A DNA stretch of 64,000 bases, taken from assembly GCA_964019425.1 (NCBI GenBank), contig OZ025805.1, positions 806,001 to 870,000 of the forward strand, given 5' to 3'. Shown here piece by piece: positions 1-11,578 of the stretch. This stretch comes from Flectonema sp. DT1601 (Eukaryota). Position numbers and translations under genes: made by a program. The notes under the pieces were generated by a model that was not told where the DNA came from, did not search any database, and saw nothing but the letters and a program-made list of their open reading frames with translations. Numbering within the stretch: position 1 is the first letter of the stretch; each line of letters starts with the position of its first letter.

Positions 1-443
1 AAAAAAAAACCAAACGAAACAACGAAAGTATCAACTGGAATAACCATTTATACTTCGCTAGACAAGTAGAGTCGTCATACTTGTTAAAATATTAAGCCAT
101 GAGTCAACGTGAGTTAGGAGGCCATGCGAACTCTTAATAAATAATCTTCTAGAATGCATTTCTGCATGTAATTGTTTGTAGCCCCTTGATGGTAAATAGA
201 CAAGTAAATAGATCATGCTGGCTTCCCGCTTTCAATAGTTTATTAGTTTTCGTCGATTCGGTCCTTTTAGGCATACCAGTTTGTAGCATTTATTAAGAGT
301 TAGATATTATGAAGTTCGTTGTATTGTGTTGTCTTATATATTTTATTTTCTCAGTGATGATGGTGTTCAATGAAGAGTTACTGTATTGTTGATTTCATAA
401 AAGACTGTAATTAATTACTTTTTTTTCGTTTGTAGGTTTTGAG

Positions 444-1270
444 ATGGTGCCAAGGGCACAGCAGTACCAGCATATTGATTTAAAGAACGTCTGTGATGAG
501 ATGTTTGGAAACGACGTCCATCTTGACAAGCGATCACCATCGTTATTGTGTGAGACAGACGGAGCTTCTTTGATGTCTTCAATGCCAGCAACTCCACCTC
601 ATGGAGTACTCGGAGATAGCTTTGAGTTGATAACTCCCTCTAAGAATATAATATTTGATAAGAAAGACTTTTCAACACCTGAAACAACTCCAATCAATGC
701 AACATATCGCATGTGTCGACAAAAGAAGCAGAACGGCATTGCCACCCGTTCAGTTTCTTCTTTTGGTGGAGACTATTATGTATGTGTTTATTCTAATGGT
801 ATTAGTGTTGGTATTCATTTGAGAAAAATGTTATAAATTATAAACCACAGCAACTTGATAGACAGACGCTTGATAGGCTTACAGAAATAGAAATACATTT
901 ATCATCGTTGTCAGCACATGGAGTAGTTGCAAGACAATCTACAGACAATTGTGAAACACCACTGGTGTGCTCAACAGATACTGATAAAAATCTTTCACAG
1001 CTAAAGTGGAGACTGTTATTTTCAATTATTGCTATATCGTTATCAACAATACGAATACAACTTGGAAATGGTATTCGGCTTCGGTTGTCGCAAGTTGCTT
1101 TATCTTTATCACTAGCCTGTATAATTGCTCGTCCTCATTCTCTTCAGAAAGCAGCTTCCTCTTTATCTTCGGCTCTTCTCTTTGTTTTTATGACGCTCGA
1201 TACTTTTCCTGCGAAATTACCACTCGCGATTTCTCTGACTTCTTTCATTTCAATTCTTGAGGAAGTTTAA
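444..1270 (+). CDS. Hypothetical membrane protein, ~251 aa, join(444..779,851..1270)
   Basis: Intron 780..850 (gtatgt...ccacag, phase 0) joins ORF 444 (..GGDYY) in frame to ORF 908 (QLDRQT..SAHGVV). The C-terminal half has several hydrophobic stretches. Acceptor tttcgtttgtag lies just upstream of the ATG. No family recognised. Confidence 0.7.
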
Positions 1271-1650
1271 GTATTTTATTTATATTTTTTTTTTTAAAAG
1301 GTGTCACTTCAAACTTCGTGAATTGATAAATATATCACTCTCTTGGAAGGAGTGACATTTACCTATTTCACTTCACTTTATCGTGTCGCTATGCGACATT
1401 CAAAATGATAATACGAGCCGCAATATTTACAATTTGTGTCTCTTTAGCACACTTTAGAAGGTAAAGACTGGTCAATTATTTATTTTTAGTATTTGACACT
1501 TTTCTCACTGTGCTGAATAGTTTTCTTACAAAAAAAAATAGCACTTTGTTGTTTGTTGTTTCTACGTCCGCTACTTTTTAAAACAACCCTTTCATTACTT
1601 TTGGGATTGGGTTTAGGTGATTGTGATTCGTATTTATTTATTTATTTATT

Positions 1651-2065
1651 TATTTTCCGCACTCAGGTATCAATCTGCACTCATGACGTGATGAGTTTTA
1701 ATATCTCATATTAGTGATGTTGTTTTTAAGTGAAGATATACTGCAATTTATAACTTACAGGCAAAGACTCAAAACAATGGAGACTGCGAAAAAGCAAAAA
1801 AACGTTTTGTGTGTATTCGTAAAGGGTTTTTCTGATTTCCGACTAGCAGCGCCAAGCCCTATGCAAGTGATTCTTTAACCCTGCATTATACTTCACCCCC
1901 TCAGGAATTACCGAACAAGATCAAAGGCTCAATTATATTTTCCACACTCAGGTATCAATCTGCACTCATGACGTGATGAGTTTTAATATCTCATATTAGT
2001 GATGTTGTTTTTAAGTGAAGACATACTGCAATTTATAACTTACAGGCAATGCCTCAAAACAATGG
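1651..2065 (+). repeat. ~130-bp direct duplication (1651..1780 and 1936..2065) of the acceptor/start region of the hydrolase gene
   Basis: Near-identical cactcaggtatcaatctgcactcatgacgtgatgag...acttacaggcaa in both copies. The first copy reads gcaaagactc where the second reads gcaATGcctc. Confidence 0.9.
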
Positions 2066-3245
2066 CGTCCCTTTGTTCCTCGTCATAGGTCTTCCGTTTG
2101 TAGCTGCTTATATTGTTGCCAAGTTAGTTAAATTATTTGGAAGGCGAAACGACATCCGATTGGCACACCACGAACAGGCACATCCAGTTATTGAAAAGGT
2201 TATTGATGACGTTAAGAATTTAAAGTATACCCCGACAGCATATTTATGCAGTGGGTTGTTGCAGACTGCTTCAGCAGATTTTCCAGCTGCGGATGTTAAA
2301 TTTAAAAGAGAAACCATCACACTTGATGAAGTTACATTTGAGAATGGCTCTCCAATGTCATGCTGTCCTGATAGTATACCTGAGGGAGTTGTCTCACTTG
2401 ACTGGGTAATAACAAAAGATGCAGAACCAGCTAAGGCTATCATCATTGTAATTCCTGGTCTTACTGGGTCATCTGATTCTAGTTATGTAAGAAAGATGGT
2501 TATGTCTCTTGCTGATGATGGATATCAAGCTGTTGTGTATAATCCTCGTGGTCGTGGTGGCACAGAAGTCACTTCTGCTTTTATGTACAGCTGTGGCTAT
2601 ACTCATGATTTGAGAAGAATTATACGAATACTGCGATCTGGTTTCCCTGATCAATTAATTATGGCAGTTGGATTCTCACTAGGAGCAAATTATTTAGCGA
2701 AATTAATTGGTGAAGATGGTGATGACTGTCAATTAGATGCCGCAGCATGTTTAGCAGCTCCGGTTGACTGTGAACGATTGATGGTGAACTTAACTTCAGG
2801 AATATTAGGTAAATATATTTATGATCCAGCGTTGACTGGATCGCTACACAAAGTAAGAATGTCTCATGAGGACGCCTTAATAAGTAATCCGCATCCAAAT
2901 ATAGATTTAAATCATCTTCGCAAAGCCAAAACTCTTTGGGAATTCGACGATCGTTGGACAGCAAAAACGATGGGATGCCGAGACGCGGATGATTACTATG
3001 ATCAGGCTTCAGCAAAACACTTTTTAGATAACATTGCTCGTCCTCTTATGTTTTTGCATGCTGAAAATGATCCGATTGTACCGGCGTCTTTACTTCCCAT
3101 ATCTTCATTTAAGAAGAATAAAAACATACTATCCATTGTAACTTCACATGGAGGTCATTCTATGATATGGCCAACAGGAGTGAGGTCTAAGCCGTGGTCA
3201 CCTGATGTAGTGCTGAAGTTTCTTGGATCTGTTCAACGTCGTTGA
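2049..3245 (+). CDS. Alpha/beta hydrolase, ABHD1/2/3-YheT-EHT1 family
   Basis: N-terminal TM segment; motifs IPGLTGSS, VYNPRG, nucleophile GFSLGAN, acid LHAENDPIV and catalytic His HGGH. Confidence 0.92.
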   Translation: MPQNNGVPLFLVIGLPFVAAYIVAKLVKLFGRRNDIRLAHHEQAHPVIEKVIDDVKNLKYTPTAYLCSGLLQTASADFPAADVKFKRETITLDEVTFENGSPMSCCPDSIPEGVVSLDWVITKDAEPAKAIIIVIPGLTGSSDSSYVRKMVMSLADDGYQAVVYNPRGRGGTEVTSAFMYSCGYTHDLRRIIRILRSGFPDQLIMAVGFSLGANYLAKLIGEDGDDCQLDAAACLAAPVDCERLMVNLTSGILGKYIYDPALTGSLHKVRMSHEDALISNPHPNIDLNHLRKAKTLWEFDDRWTAKTMGCRDADDYYDQASAKHFLDNIARPLMFLHAENDPIVPASLLPISSFKKNKNILSIVTSHGGHSMIWPTGVRSKPWSPDVVLKFLGSVQRR

Positions 3246-3993
3246 TAGTTCTTTCGTTACTGAGTTGAAACTTAGGAACTTTAGAGCAATACTTTAAATG
3301 TATCTAACTGGATCATCTTAAGAATTCTATTCCAACAGACATCGACGGAGACTGTGCAATGGATGATTCCAGTTAGGAAGGAAGCGTAAAAGGACTTGCG
3401 GCTGATGTTAAACGCGCCGCACCGAGAGAGTTAAACAAAAAGTAAACTTATGCTAACCCGTCCTGACGAGCTCCGATGGACATGTTACTATCAGTTCTTA
3501 CGTTAGGAACTACTTTTGAAAACTGATTTACAAGAAACTCACAATAAAGTCCCCCTATACGATTATGGTCTGAAACTACGTTTTCCACAAGTGTTATATG
3601 GAACAGCAGAACAATTTATTTAATGTTTTTCACTATCTTATTTTCTCAAATACGTTTTTTTTTTTTAATAATCTCATATACTAACTGTATTCGTTTCAAT
3701 TTCATTTCATTTTTTTTTTCCTTCTTTTTATTTCCAATCAAAGAAGGATTGCTGTTCCCTCACAGGAACGTGTCCGCATAGCTTTTTCACTCACCGTAAA
3801 AAGCAGGCGGCGAATTTCTCAAAAAGAGAGCTGTGGAATTGAGTCCTGTTGTTACTTAACTTATTTCGTTCAGTCAGAGTACCACGTGTCTTGTGATCCG
3901 TCTGTATGAAATATACTAGATTATACCTTGGTGGGGTATAAACAAATAACAGTTCCTCTAAATATTTTTCCTTCAGACTAATCCACAGTAAAA

Positions 3994-6655
3994 ATGGAAG
4001 AGTCACAATCATACTCTCTTGCTGGTTGCAATTGTGGTTCTCGCAGATTTGGTATATCAGTAGTACAGAGTAAATGGTTACTAGTTCACTACTTCGGAAA
4101 GCTTTTTAAAGTAGAGATGAATGTCTATCTGTTGTGGTGTATGTTGTGGTTGTTCCTTTTCTTCACTGGCTGGTTGTCTTTTCAACACGCACATCCTAAT
4201 CCGTTCACACCCGGTGAGATAATGTTCGATTTGTTTGTGTTAGTGAGCAGCAGTTTTGTGTTTGGAAACATCATTTCAGCACTCGTCTCCCTCCCTCCTC
4301 TCTTTGGGTATATGATTGTAGGAATAATAGTGAGGAATATGCCTGGCAATCCAACATCAGGGATTACATCAGATTTCTCAAACACGGTTAAGGAGATAGC
4401 TTTAACTATTATTGTAGGTCGTGCTGGTCTTGGTTTACCAGTAAACACCTTTATGGGAGACGTTAAGGATATTCGAAAAATACAAGTTGATGGCAATGGT
4501 CACGTTGCATGTCACGAGGTTAAATTACAAACGAGAATCAGCCAATCGATTGGGAAATTAAAGAACGGATTACTACTCGCCATCACTCCGATGGCTTTTG
4601 AGGCTGCTGCTTATTGTGGAATGGCAATGTTGGTGTTTAAATTTAATGTTGTATTTGCACTTTTACTTGGATTCGTTATGGCTGCGGTTTCCCCGGCGGT
4701 TGTCGTCCCCGGTTTAATTGATTTACAGGCAAAAGGACATTTAGGAAAAGGAAACACTACACCAGTTCCTTCTATCGTAATGTTCTCTTCTGGTTTGGAT
4801 GATGTTTTCGCAATTACTTTCTTTGGTATCTTCTTTGGTATGGCATACGGTGATGGAGCGATCCTGTCAAAAATTATTAAAGCCCCAGTTGAGGTTATCG
4901 GTGGTATTGTTTTGGGATTCGTATTGGGTTGGATGCTATTCAAGGTAGCGATCTCTATTCTACCAGTTCCTATCACATCTAATATCTCAAGGGAAGCTCA
5001 AAAAGTTGCTCAAGACAATGACGTCGCAGTATTTGGCATCACTCATGCCCACGACCCACATAACACGTCCCCAAACAAAATGCCTTCAGACTCGAAATCT
5101 CACTCACTTGTTTTTCTCATCGTCTTTGTTACATGTGTCTGTGAGGTAATTGGATGTGTGTATTGTTTTATATTTATTATTTTTTTTTTTTATTTCACAA
5201 AAAAAAAAGACAAATCAATAACAAACAAACAACAGTTGGTCATATTGCCGTAGCGGATGCTGGAGAGTTAAAGTCTTTGGGAGTACTTGGAGCAATGGCT
5301 GCTTGCTTTGCGATAAATTACAATTTCAGCAAAGGATCATTCAAACTTATGATGATTAGAAATGACGTCGATAATATAAAATGGTTTATGCAAAGTAGCG
5401 CTTCCGACAACGATCCAAAGATTAGAAAATTCTTTCACATGTCGAAAGGAGATACATTTCCCTCTAAATTACACCAATTAGAGGAAATGATTCCTGACCT
5501 CATTGAAAGAGAGAAAGCTCATCAAGAGGCTCTCGGAAAACTAAATTTAAACATGAAATACGTTTGGGATCTTGTCGCATGTCCTCTTCTGTTTTCACTT
5601 GTTGGAAGTTCTATCGATATGAATGATATTGTATGTGGTGTTTTTTTTTTTTTTTGTTATTTTTTTCTGTTTTAAAACAACCTTTTTCGTTATTCCATTA
5701 AAACAAAACTACTACTGGCATGTGGTTTCTTCCCGACGTTAAAAAAAAAAAAAAAAAAAAAAAATCCAAATCACAGCTGTACCCCGAATACGATGAATAC
5801 TTATTACCGAAGGGACTGGCCGTCATATTTATTTGTCTCTTAGCTCGTTGTTGTGGAGCAATGCTGGCCTGCATTGGATCTGGTTGGTCATTAAAAAATA
5901 AATTATTCGTGGCTCTTGCATGGCTTCCAAAGGCAACTGTCCAGGCAGCTGTTGGTGGATTGGCTCTGGCAGAGGCTAAAATTCAGATGTCTGCGAAGAA
6001 TTGTGTTAAGGGTATCGTCTATGAAGAGAATCCTTGTAAGGAGATAATGGAGAAATATGATTGGTCAGAAGTGATATTACAAATCTCAGTTATTGGGATT
6101 TTAGTAACGGCTCCATTAGGTGCTGCGGCCATTAGTATTTTGGGACCAAAGTGGTTGGAAAAACGTGACGTTCAGCGTCACCACCCGAGTATGATCCTCA
6201 ACACTAAGGATGTTGACTCTGCAGCAATCTCGCGGTACTTTCATCCAGAGCCATCAGCAGAGCTCGATGTAGACAATATCGCAACTGGTCTAGGTCAGCG
6301 ACCGGAAGGTAGACAGCTTTACAGAATAAAGCGAGCGGCATCATTTCCTGCTTCCCTCGCGATGAGTAATCCAAATCCCGCTGATCCATTTAAGGGATAC
6401 GGAATGGATAGCGGTATGCTAATTGCTAATAGAAATCCGTTGTATGATTTTTGCTCATCCCCAGGTTCGCATCCTGCGATTCCAATCGATATTGAAAGTG
6501 AGGGAGTTAAGACTCCACCTCAGGCATCACCAATACCAATACCATCTGAAAGGAATAGCTTAGCAAGGGAAGACATGGCTTCAACTCTAACTGTTACAAC
6601 AGATCGTGATGCTGTTATATCACCACCAGTGTCTCCAACAGATGGCATTCAATAA
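3994..6655 (+). CDS. Na+/H+ antiporter, CPA2 NHA/SLC9B family, ~811 aa, join(3994..5155,5236..5630,5777..6655)
   Basis: Motifs ALTIIVGRAGLGL, AAVSPAVVVP, SSGLDDVFAI (DD motif), PLLFSLVGSSI and AWLPKATVQAA. Introns 5156..5235 (gtgtgt..aacag, phase 1) and 5631..5776 (gtatgt..tcacag, phase 0) join three ORFs in frame. Confidence 0.9.
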
Positions 6656-7660
6656 GAAACCTGCTGTTGTCATGGTCAGCTATTATGACTATATTCTCCC
6701 ATAGACAGTAGTAATCAAGTACTACCATTATGACATACGTGTGGGTCAACGTACGATGTTATCTACAGACTTAGTCAGAGTCACAGTGATATAGAGAAAA
6801 CTATGAGGACTTATCAGTCGCAGTGTTTAATGACTCTCGCAGACATACTTATTTAAATTTCCTTAAGGTGTGGTCATATTGCTTCAAAAAAAGAAGAAGC
6901 TGTTCTGATCTGTTGTGTCGGCGTGGGTTTGCGTCTCTCGTCTCCCCTCCTCCCTCCCTGTTTTTTCATAAATAGAATATTAGTTTTCATCTCTCGAGGT
7001 TCGAATATTTTATTATTTATTACATACTTGAAATAGTACTCGCATCACCTGGACGGTCGCAGGTCCGATGCTTTTTTATTACTCCTGTTCGACGTTTGCG
7101 TTTTCTTCTCTTTCCTGAGCAAAATTATTATTATTATTTTTGCTTGCTTGACTACAGCGTGGGAATGATCTTCGGAAGAGGGAAATCATTTCACTAATTT
7201 TACTGAGACTGAAGATTCAAAAAAAAAAAAAAAAAAAAAAAAAAGAATCACCACTCAGTCAATGCCTGTACCAGATAGATCTACATTAGTGTTCTTGTAC
7301 CCGCCCCGCTTAGTACTAAAACGTTTCTCTTTTTTTTCGTGCACAAGCCTCATCCTCCTTTCCCCACAGCCGGCATAGGTGGACACAGCTGTTCCAACAC
7401 ACAGGAATTGTCAGGTTTATATTTTTTTATTTTATTTAATCAAAAAAAAAAAAAAAAAAAAAAAATAAAGGTAAAATTGAAAATCCGACTTCTCTTTACC
7501 ATTTCAGTGTTTTTATAATTTTCTCACCTCCCTTGGGGAGTGCTTACCCCATACACGGATTTATTTTTTATATCGAAAACGTGATTGCTGATTATATGTA
7601 ATTCATGGACCAGAGCAGACGCATTGTTGCTCTTTTGATTGATATTTCAGATTTTTTTTT

Positions 7661-7795
7661 GTACAAAAAAAACTATAAGAAAAAAAACAATTCAGATTAA
7701 AGGCCGTTATTTCTCATGATCATCATTTTTCCCCCCCGTGTGACAGGATTCTGTCTACGTTCAAAGGAAATATAAGGCTAATCTGAATTGGGTTT
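7661..7795 (-). repeat. Dispersed ~130-bp repeat, copy A
   Basis: Its reverse complement aligns to 16151..16283 (cccgtgtgacaggattctgtctacgttcaaaggaaatataaggctaatctgaat). Internal inverted repeat attcagatta/taatctgaat. Confidence 0.8.
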
Positions 7796-9146
7796 TTTTT
7801 ATTTTTTTTATTTATTACACGTCTCGCCCTCGTATTGCCATTCTTTCAATAACTACAAAGTTTGGCAGCAATCTATACTGCGATATTTGAAATGGATAAT
7901 GATGGCGTCTTCCTTTCACAATGCAACAAGTCAGGTAGAAAATTTTGAGTTACTTGTCTGTAGCTTGTTTCTTGTTAAACACCGTTGTTCTCCTTGTCAC
8001 TTTCCTGTTTTTCATTTTTTTACAAGAAAATAAATGACGTTTTTACCAAAACCTTAAATTATTTCTTCGACAAAATTTTTTTATCTAAAAAAAACTAAAG
8101 TGAGTGAGTTTGGAGGATGGTTTTTTCTTCGACATGTTTTGAGAAGTACAAAAATGATTACGAAAAATCTATAAATTAATAATGATTAACGCTTAAACAC
8201 CCTCCTTCCCCCCCATTGGACCGCAATAGAAAAATAATAATAATAATAATAATAATACCAACTTAATGAAATAATGCTTTTCTGCATTTTCTTGGAAATA
8301 CAAAATTTCAACCGAAATAATAATGAATTTTAATTTTAATTTTAATTTTAATTTTTTTTACAAATATCCATAAATCTAACCGTGGCTTGCCCCGCTGAAA
8401 AAAAAAAAAAAGACAAAAAAAAAAAAAAAATAAGAAACAGAAGGTGGTGTGAATCCATAAATTGGATTCTGTTGAGGAATTTTTTTTCCCCCCCCTCCTC
8501 TTCTTCCCCACAATTTTCTGATTATTGTTTTGTTTTGTTATTTTCGTTCCGTTATTTCGCTTCTTTCTAGGTGCGTTCCCCAACGTCTAGGGGATTGGAT
8601 ATATATTCTGGCTTATTAAAGTTACCCTATCTCTTCAAAGAATCCACTTACCTGGTACCTGTAGGCAGAGACGGTGATAGCGACTATTATTTATTTTTTT
8701 TAAAAAAGAATTTCTTTTAAATGTTTTTGATAAGTGAATTATGTGACTACACAAAAAGACTTAAGTAATCTTCAGAATGCAAAAGCACTTGAAGTTACTT
8801 ATGACTTCTCTGTTGTTGTTGTTGTTGTTGACCTGCTTCTTAGCGGGTGTGTGCATGGTGAGCATTTTTACGTAAAAAACCCTTACAGATAATAATAAAA
8901 AAAAAGAGTATTACTGTGTATGTTTGCTCATGATAGTGAAAGGATTTTGTTGAGGTAATTGTCGCTAATCTATTTTTCATTATCTGTTAAGTTAGCTTCT
9001 CACATTAATTGTTTCTGCATTGTTAACCTATTACCCCTTCAGGTAGGGTGACGTCAACCGCGTCGGCACATCGGTGTTGTTTCCCTCTTCTTTGCGTGTC
9101 GGAATTCAATTTGTTTTCTTTTTTTTTTGTTCTTCTGGCCCTGAAC

Positions 9147-9177
<31 letters not shown>

Positions 9178-9511
9178 ATCGTCTTTATGAACCAAAAAAC
9201 ATTTTTTTATTCGTCGATAATTCTCTTTCCCCTTAAAAAAAGAAAGGCTTTCTGTTTAGCAGTACCGCCTGGTGTAAAAGAAGAGAATTCTTTCTTACAA
9301 TGCACACATGAGTGTTCTCTGAATACCGCTGATTGTGCTGCGAGCTACACTTAAACCTGCATAGGTTTGTTAAGGCCTCGTAGCGCAGTAGCATTTTATC
9401 TGATGTGTTAACGGCCAGTTGACTTTGTGCGAACTACAAAACAAACAATGTCAATAATTGGAAACCAAAAAAACGAAACCTCTCCCTTGTGTTAAAGAAC
9501 TCGTGCATTCC

Positions 9512-9543
<32 letters not shown>

Positions 9544-10307
9544 CCCCCCTTTTCCCCCCCAATGATTGACTTGATTATGGTTGCTGTTTTAAGGCGTGAG
9601 GGAAAAAAATTAAAAAAAAAAAAAAACAAAACAAAAAAAGGAACTAATTCAGCAAACCTGCTCTCAGTCAAGAAAATAAATGAAAAAAGCAAACAGATAA
9701 TTTAATAAAAAACTAACAGTCCCTTTCCCACCTCTTTTCTCTAAGCGCTGAAGGGAATCTTGTGATTTTCTAACTTAACAGGTTTTTGTCGCATGTGCTT
9801 TTTCCTATCATAGCGCATTCCTGTCTTGTGTGTTGGAGTATTGTGCATATTTTTTTTCTGATGATTTTGGATGACATGATTAGCGAGTTCCCCTTGACAG
9901 GGCGCTTTGCGTAATTCTGTCCTGGTGATGGGTTTTTTTTTTTTTTTTTCTCCCCTCACCACAACACACATATTTCCCACTCATTTTTTTTTTTTTTTTT
10001 TTTTTAAGTTGTTATTTTCTGTAAAATAATATCGAATTCATAACTTACCCAGATAGAGATTGGTCAGTTTTTTTTTTTTTTTTTTTTTTTTTTTTCTTCA
10101 GGGGAAAGGCTTTCTAAAATAATGTCTTCTAATTATTCATTATTTTGATATGTAATATTAAATTAAATGTTTACCTAATAATTACTATTATTTACCTTCC
10201 TTCTTTTTTTGCAGGGGGTTTCTAAAAAAATACAAACAATGCTGTTATCGTTTAACTTTACACGATTACCATAATTGAAGTAGTGGGGGGGGGTTTTTTA
10301 TTTATTT

Positions 10308-10898
10308 CGCAGTGGGTTCCGTGTCCGTTCATATCCGAGTTGCTACCTCCGGCGGTGTGGGTTCTCCAAATACATCTTCCAGTGAATTCAGAGTGGGAAC
10401 TTCTAACTTCCGTATCAACGACGTATGCATCTACACAACTGCCCCAGTTATTGTCGTGTGCGAACGCCGCCAACTCGTCTGCAGGTGACGAAGTAGTCGT
10501 CCTCTTCTGACCCCACGAGAGAGGCTCATTCTGGGTGTTGAGACACGACAACTTTCTTAACATTTGATCACTTCCAGCAGTTGTAACAATCTGATTGTGT
10601 TCAATCAATTCAACAGATTTGTGACTTCTCAACGAATCCATCTGTTCAGAGTTGAGCTTCGTGTGGATCGCTTTGTAGGAATCTCCGATTGAGAACTTTT
10701 GGATTCCCTTCGTCGCTGTGAACAACATCTCGTGATCAGCAGTTGTCCATCATAATAATATACTCCCCGTCAATTACTTTTCCAGTTGGTGCCGCCAGGT
10801 ACGCAGCATTAGAGGCACTCACCATCGAGAACAGACAGACAAACGCAGACTTCATTTTATCTTTTTTAATCACTTACTTATGAAACTGCAACAGATGA
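10308..10898 (-). pseudogene. Subtilisin (S8, proteinase K-like) pseudogene, inverted 5' half: signal peptide, I9 prodomain, catalytic Asp and His
   Basis: Minus-strand ATG at 10855 gives MKSAFVCLFSMVSASNAAYLAAPTGKVIDGEYII. A frameshift near 10745 is followed by SWG, AYVVDTE and DMNGHGTHC, then an abrupt end. Acceptor tgttgcag lies upstream on the minus strand. Confidence 0.88.
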
Positions 10899-11029
10899 TG
10901 GTACGGTTGCGGGCTCGACATACGGGTTGGCGAAGAGTGCGACGATCGTTGGACGGATCGGCTGCCAACGGATTGGTACGCAACGTTGGAAATGGTTCTC
11001 CAAACAAGTTCCTTCACGTTCAGTGCTAG
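10899..11029 (+). pseudogene. Subtilisin pseudogene, 3' remnant on + strand with large internal deletion
   Basis: GTVAGSTYGLAKSATIVG (10900..10953) is the sequence expected directly after HGTHC(A). It is fused to GSAANGLVRNVGNGSPNKFLHVQC* (10955..11029), a typical proteinase-K-family C-terminus. Confidence 0.8.
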
Positions 11030-11578
11030 GCTGGTGACCATCGCTGTAGATTCGATTTTGAGACGTTGTGTTCTTCAGAGTAATTTAGTTATTTGTGTTT
11101 TCTCCTTTGGTATTTGCTGTTCCTTCTGCTCTTACCGTGTGATGTGATGTTTTATTATAAGTAGGTTGTTGTTTTCTTTTGTATTGATAGTTGCTGAACT
11201 GAACCTACAGATTTATATATTTCTTCTTCTTTGTTGTAAGAGAGTGAGCTTAAGGATGTAGTGTGTTCCTCTTATGCAAGGAATTTCCGTAAACCGAAAG
11301 GCATTCACAATACCGAAAGCCGAATGGTGTTTCCTCTCTTTTTTTGTTGTGACTGAAAACTGAGGATTGGACGTGTCCATCAACACGTCTGATCTTCTCC
11401 GAGTGACGCGTTGCTCTAATATTGTTACTAACGTTGTCATCAAAGGTATCTGATGAACTCTTTTTAATATATCCTCCTTTCGGAGGCTACACATGAACAT
11501 TTATTATTTATTACTTCTTATGTCCAACCATGCATATTATATATTTAAGTTAACACCAGATACCCAACAACATTAATA

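Noticed and set aside
1686..1745. Box C/D snoRNA (gtgatga) in the duplicated cassette
   Set aside because: No properly placed terminal CTGA box D.
3455..3545. Hammerhead ribozyme (ctgacga) or telomerase template (ctaaccc)
   Set aside because: No stem II followed by GAAA at the correct spacing; the template-like match is only 7 nt.
6700..10250. Short Lys/Phe-rich ORFs (also 34900-37950 and 39700-40500)
   Set aside because: These are translations of poly(A)/poly(T) tracts in intergenic DNA.
11213..11500. 95-aa minus-strand ORF
   Set aside because: No recognisable motif, and it runs against the orientation of the cluster.
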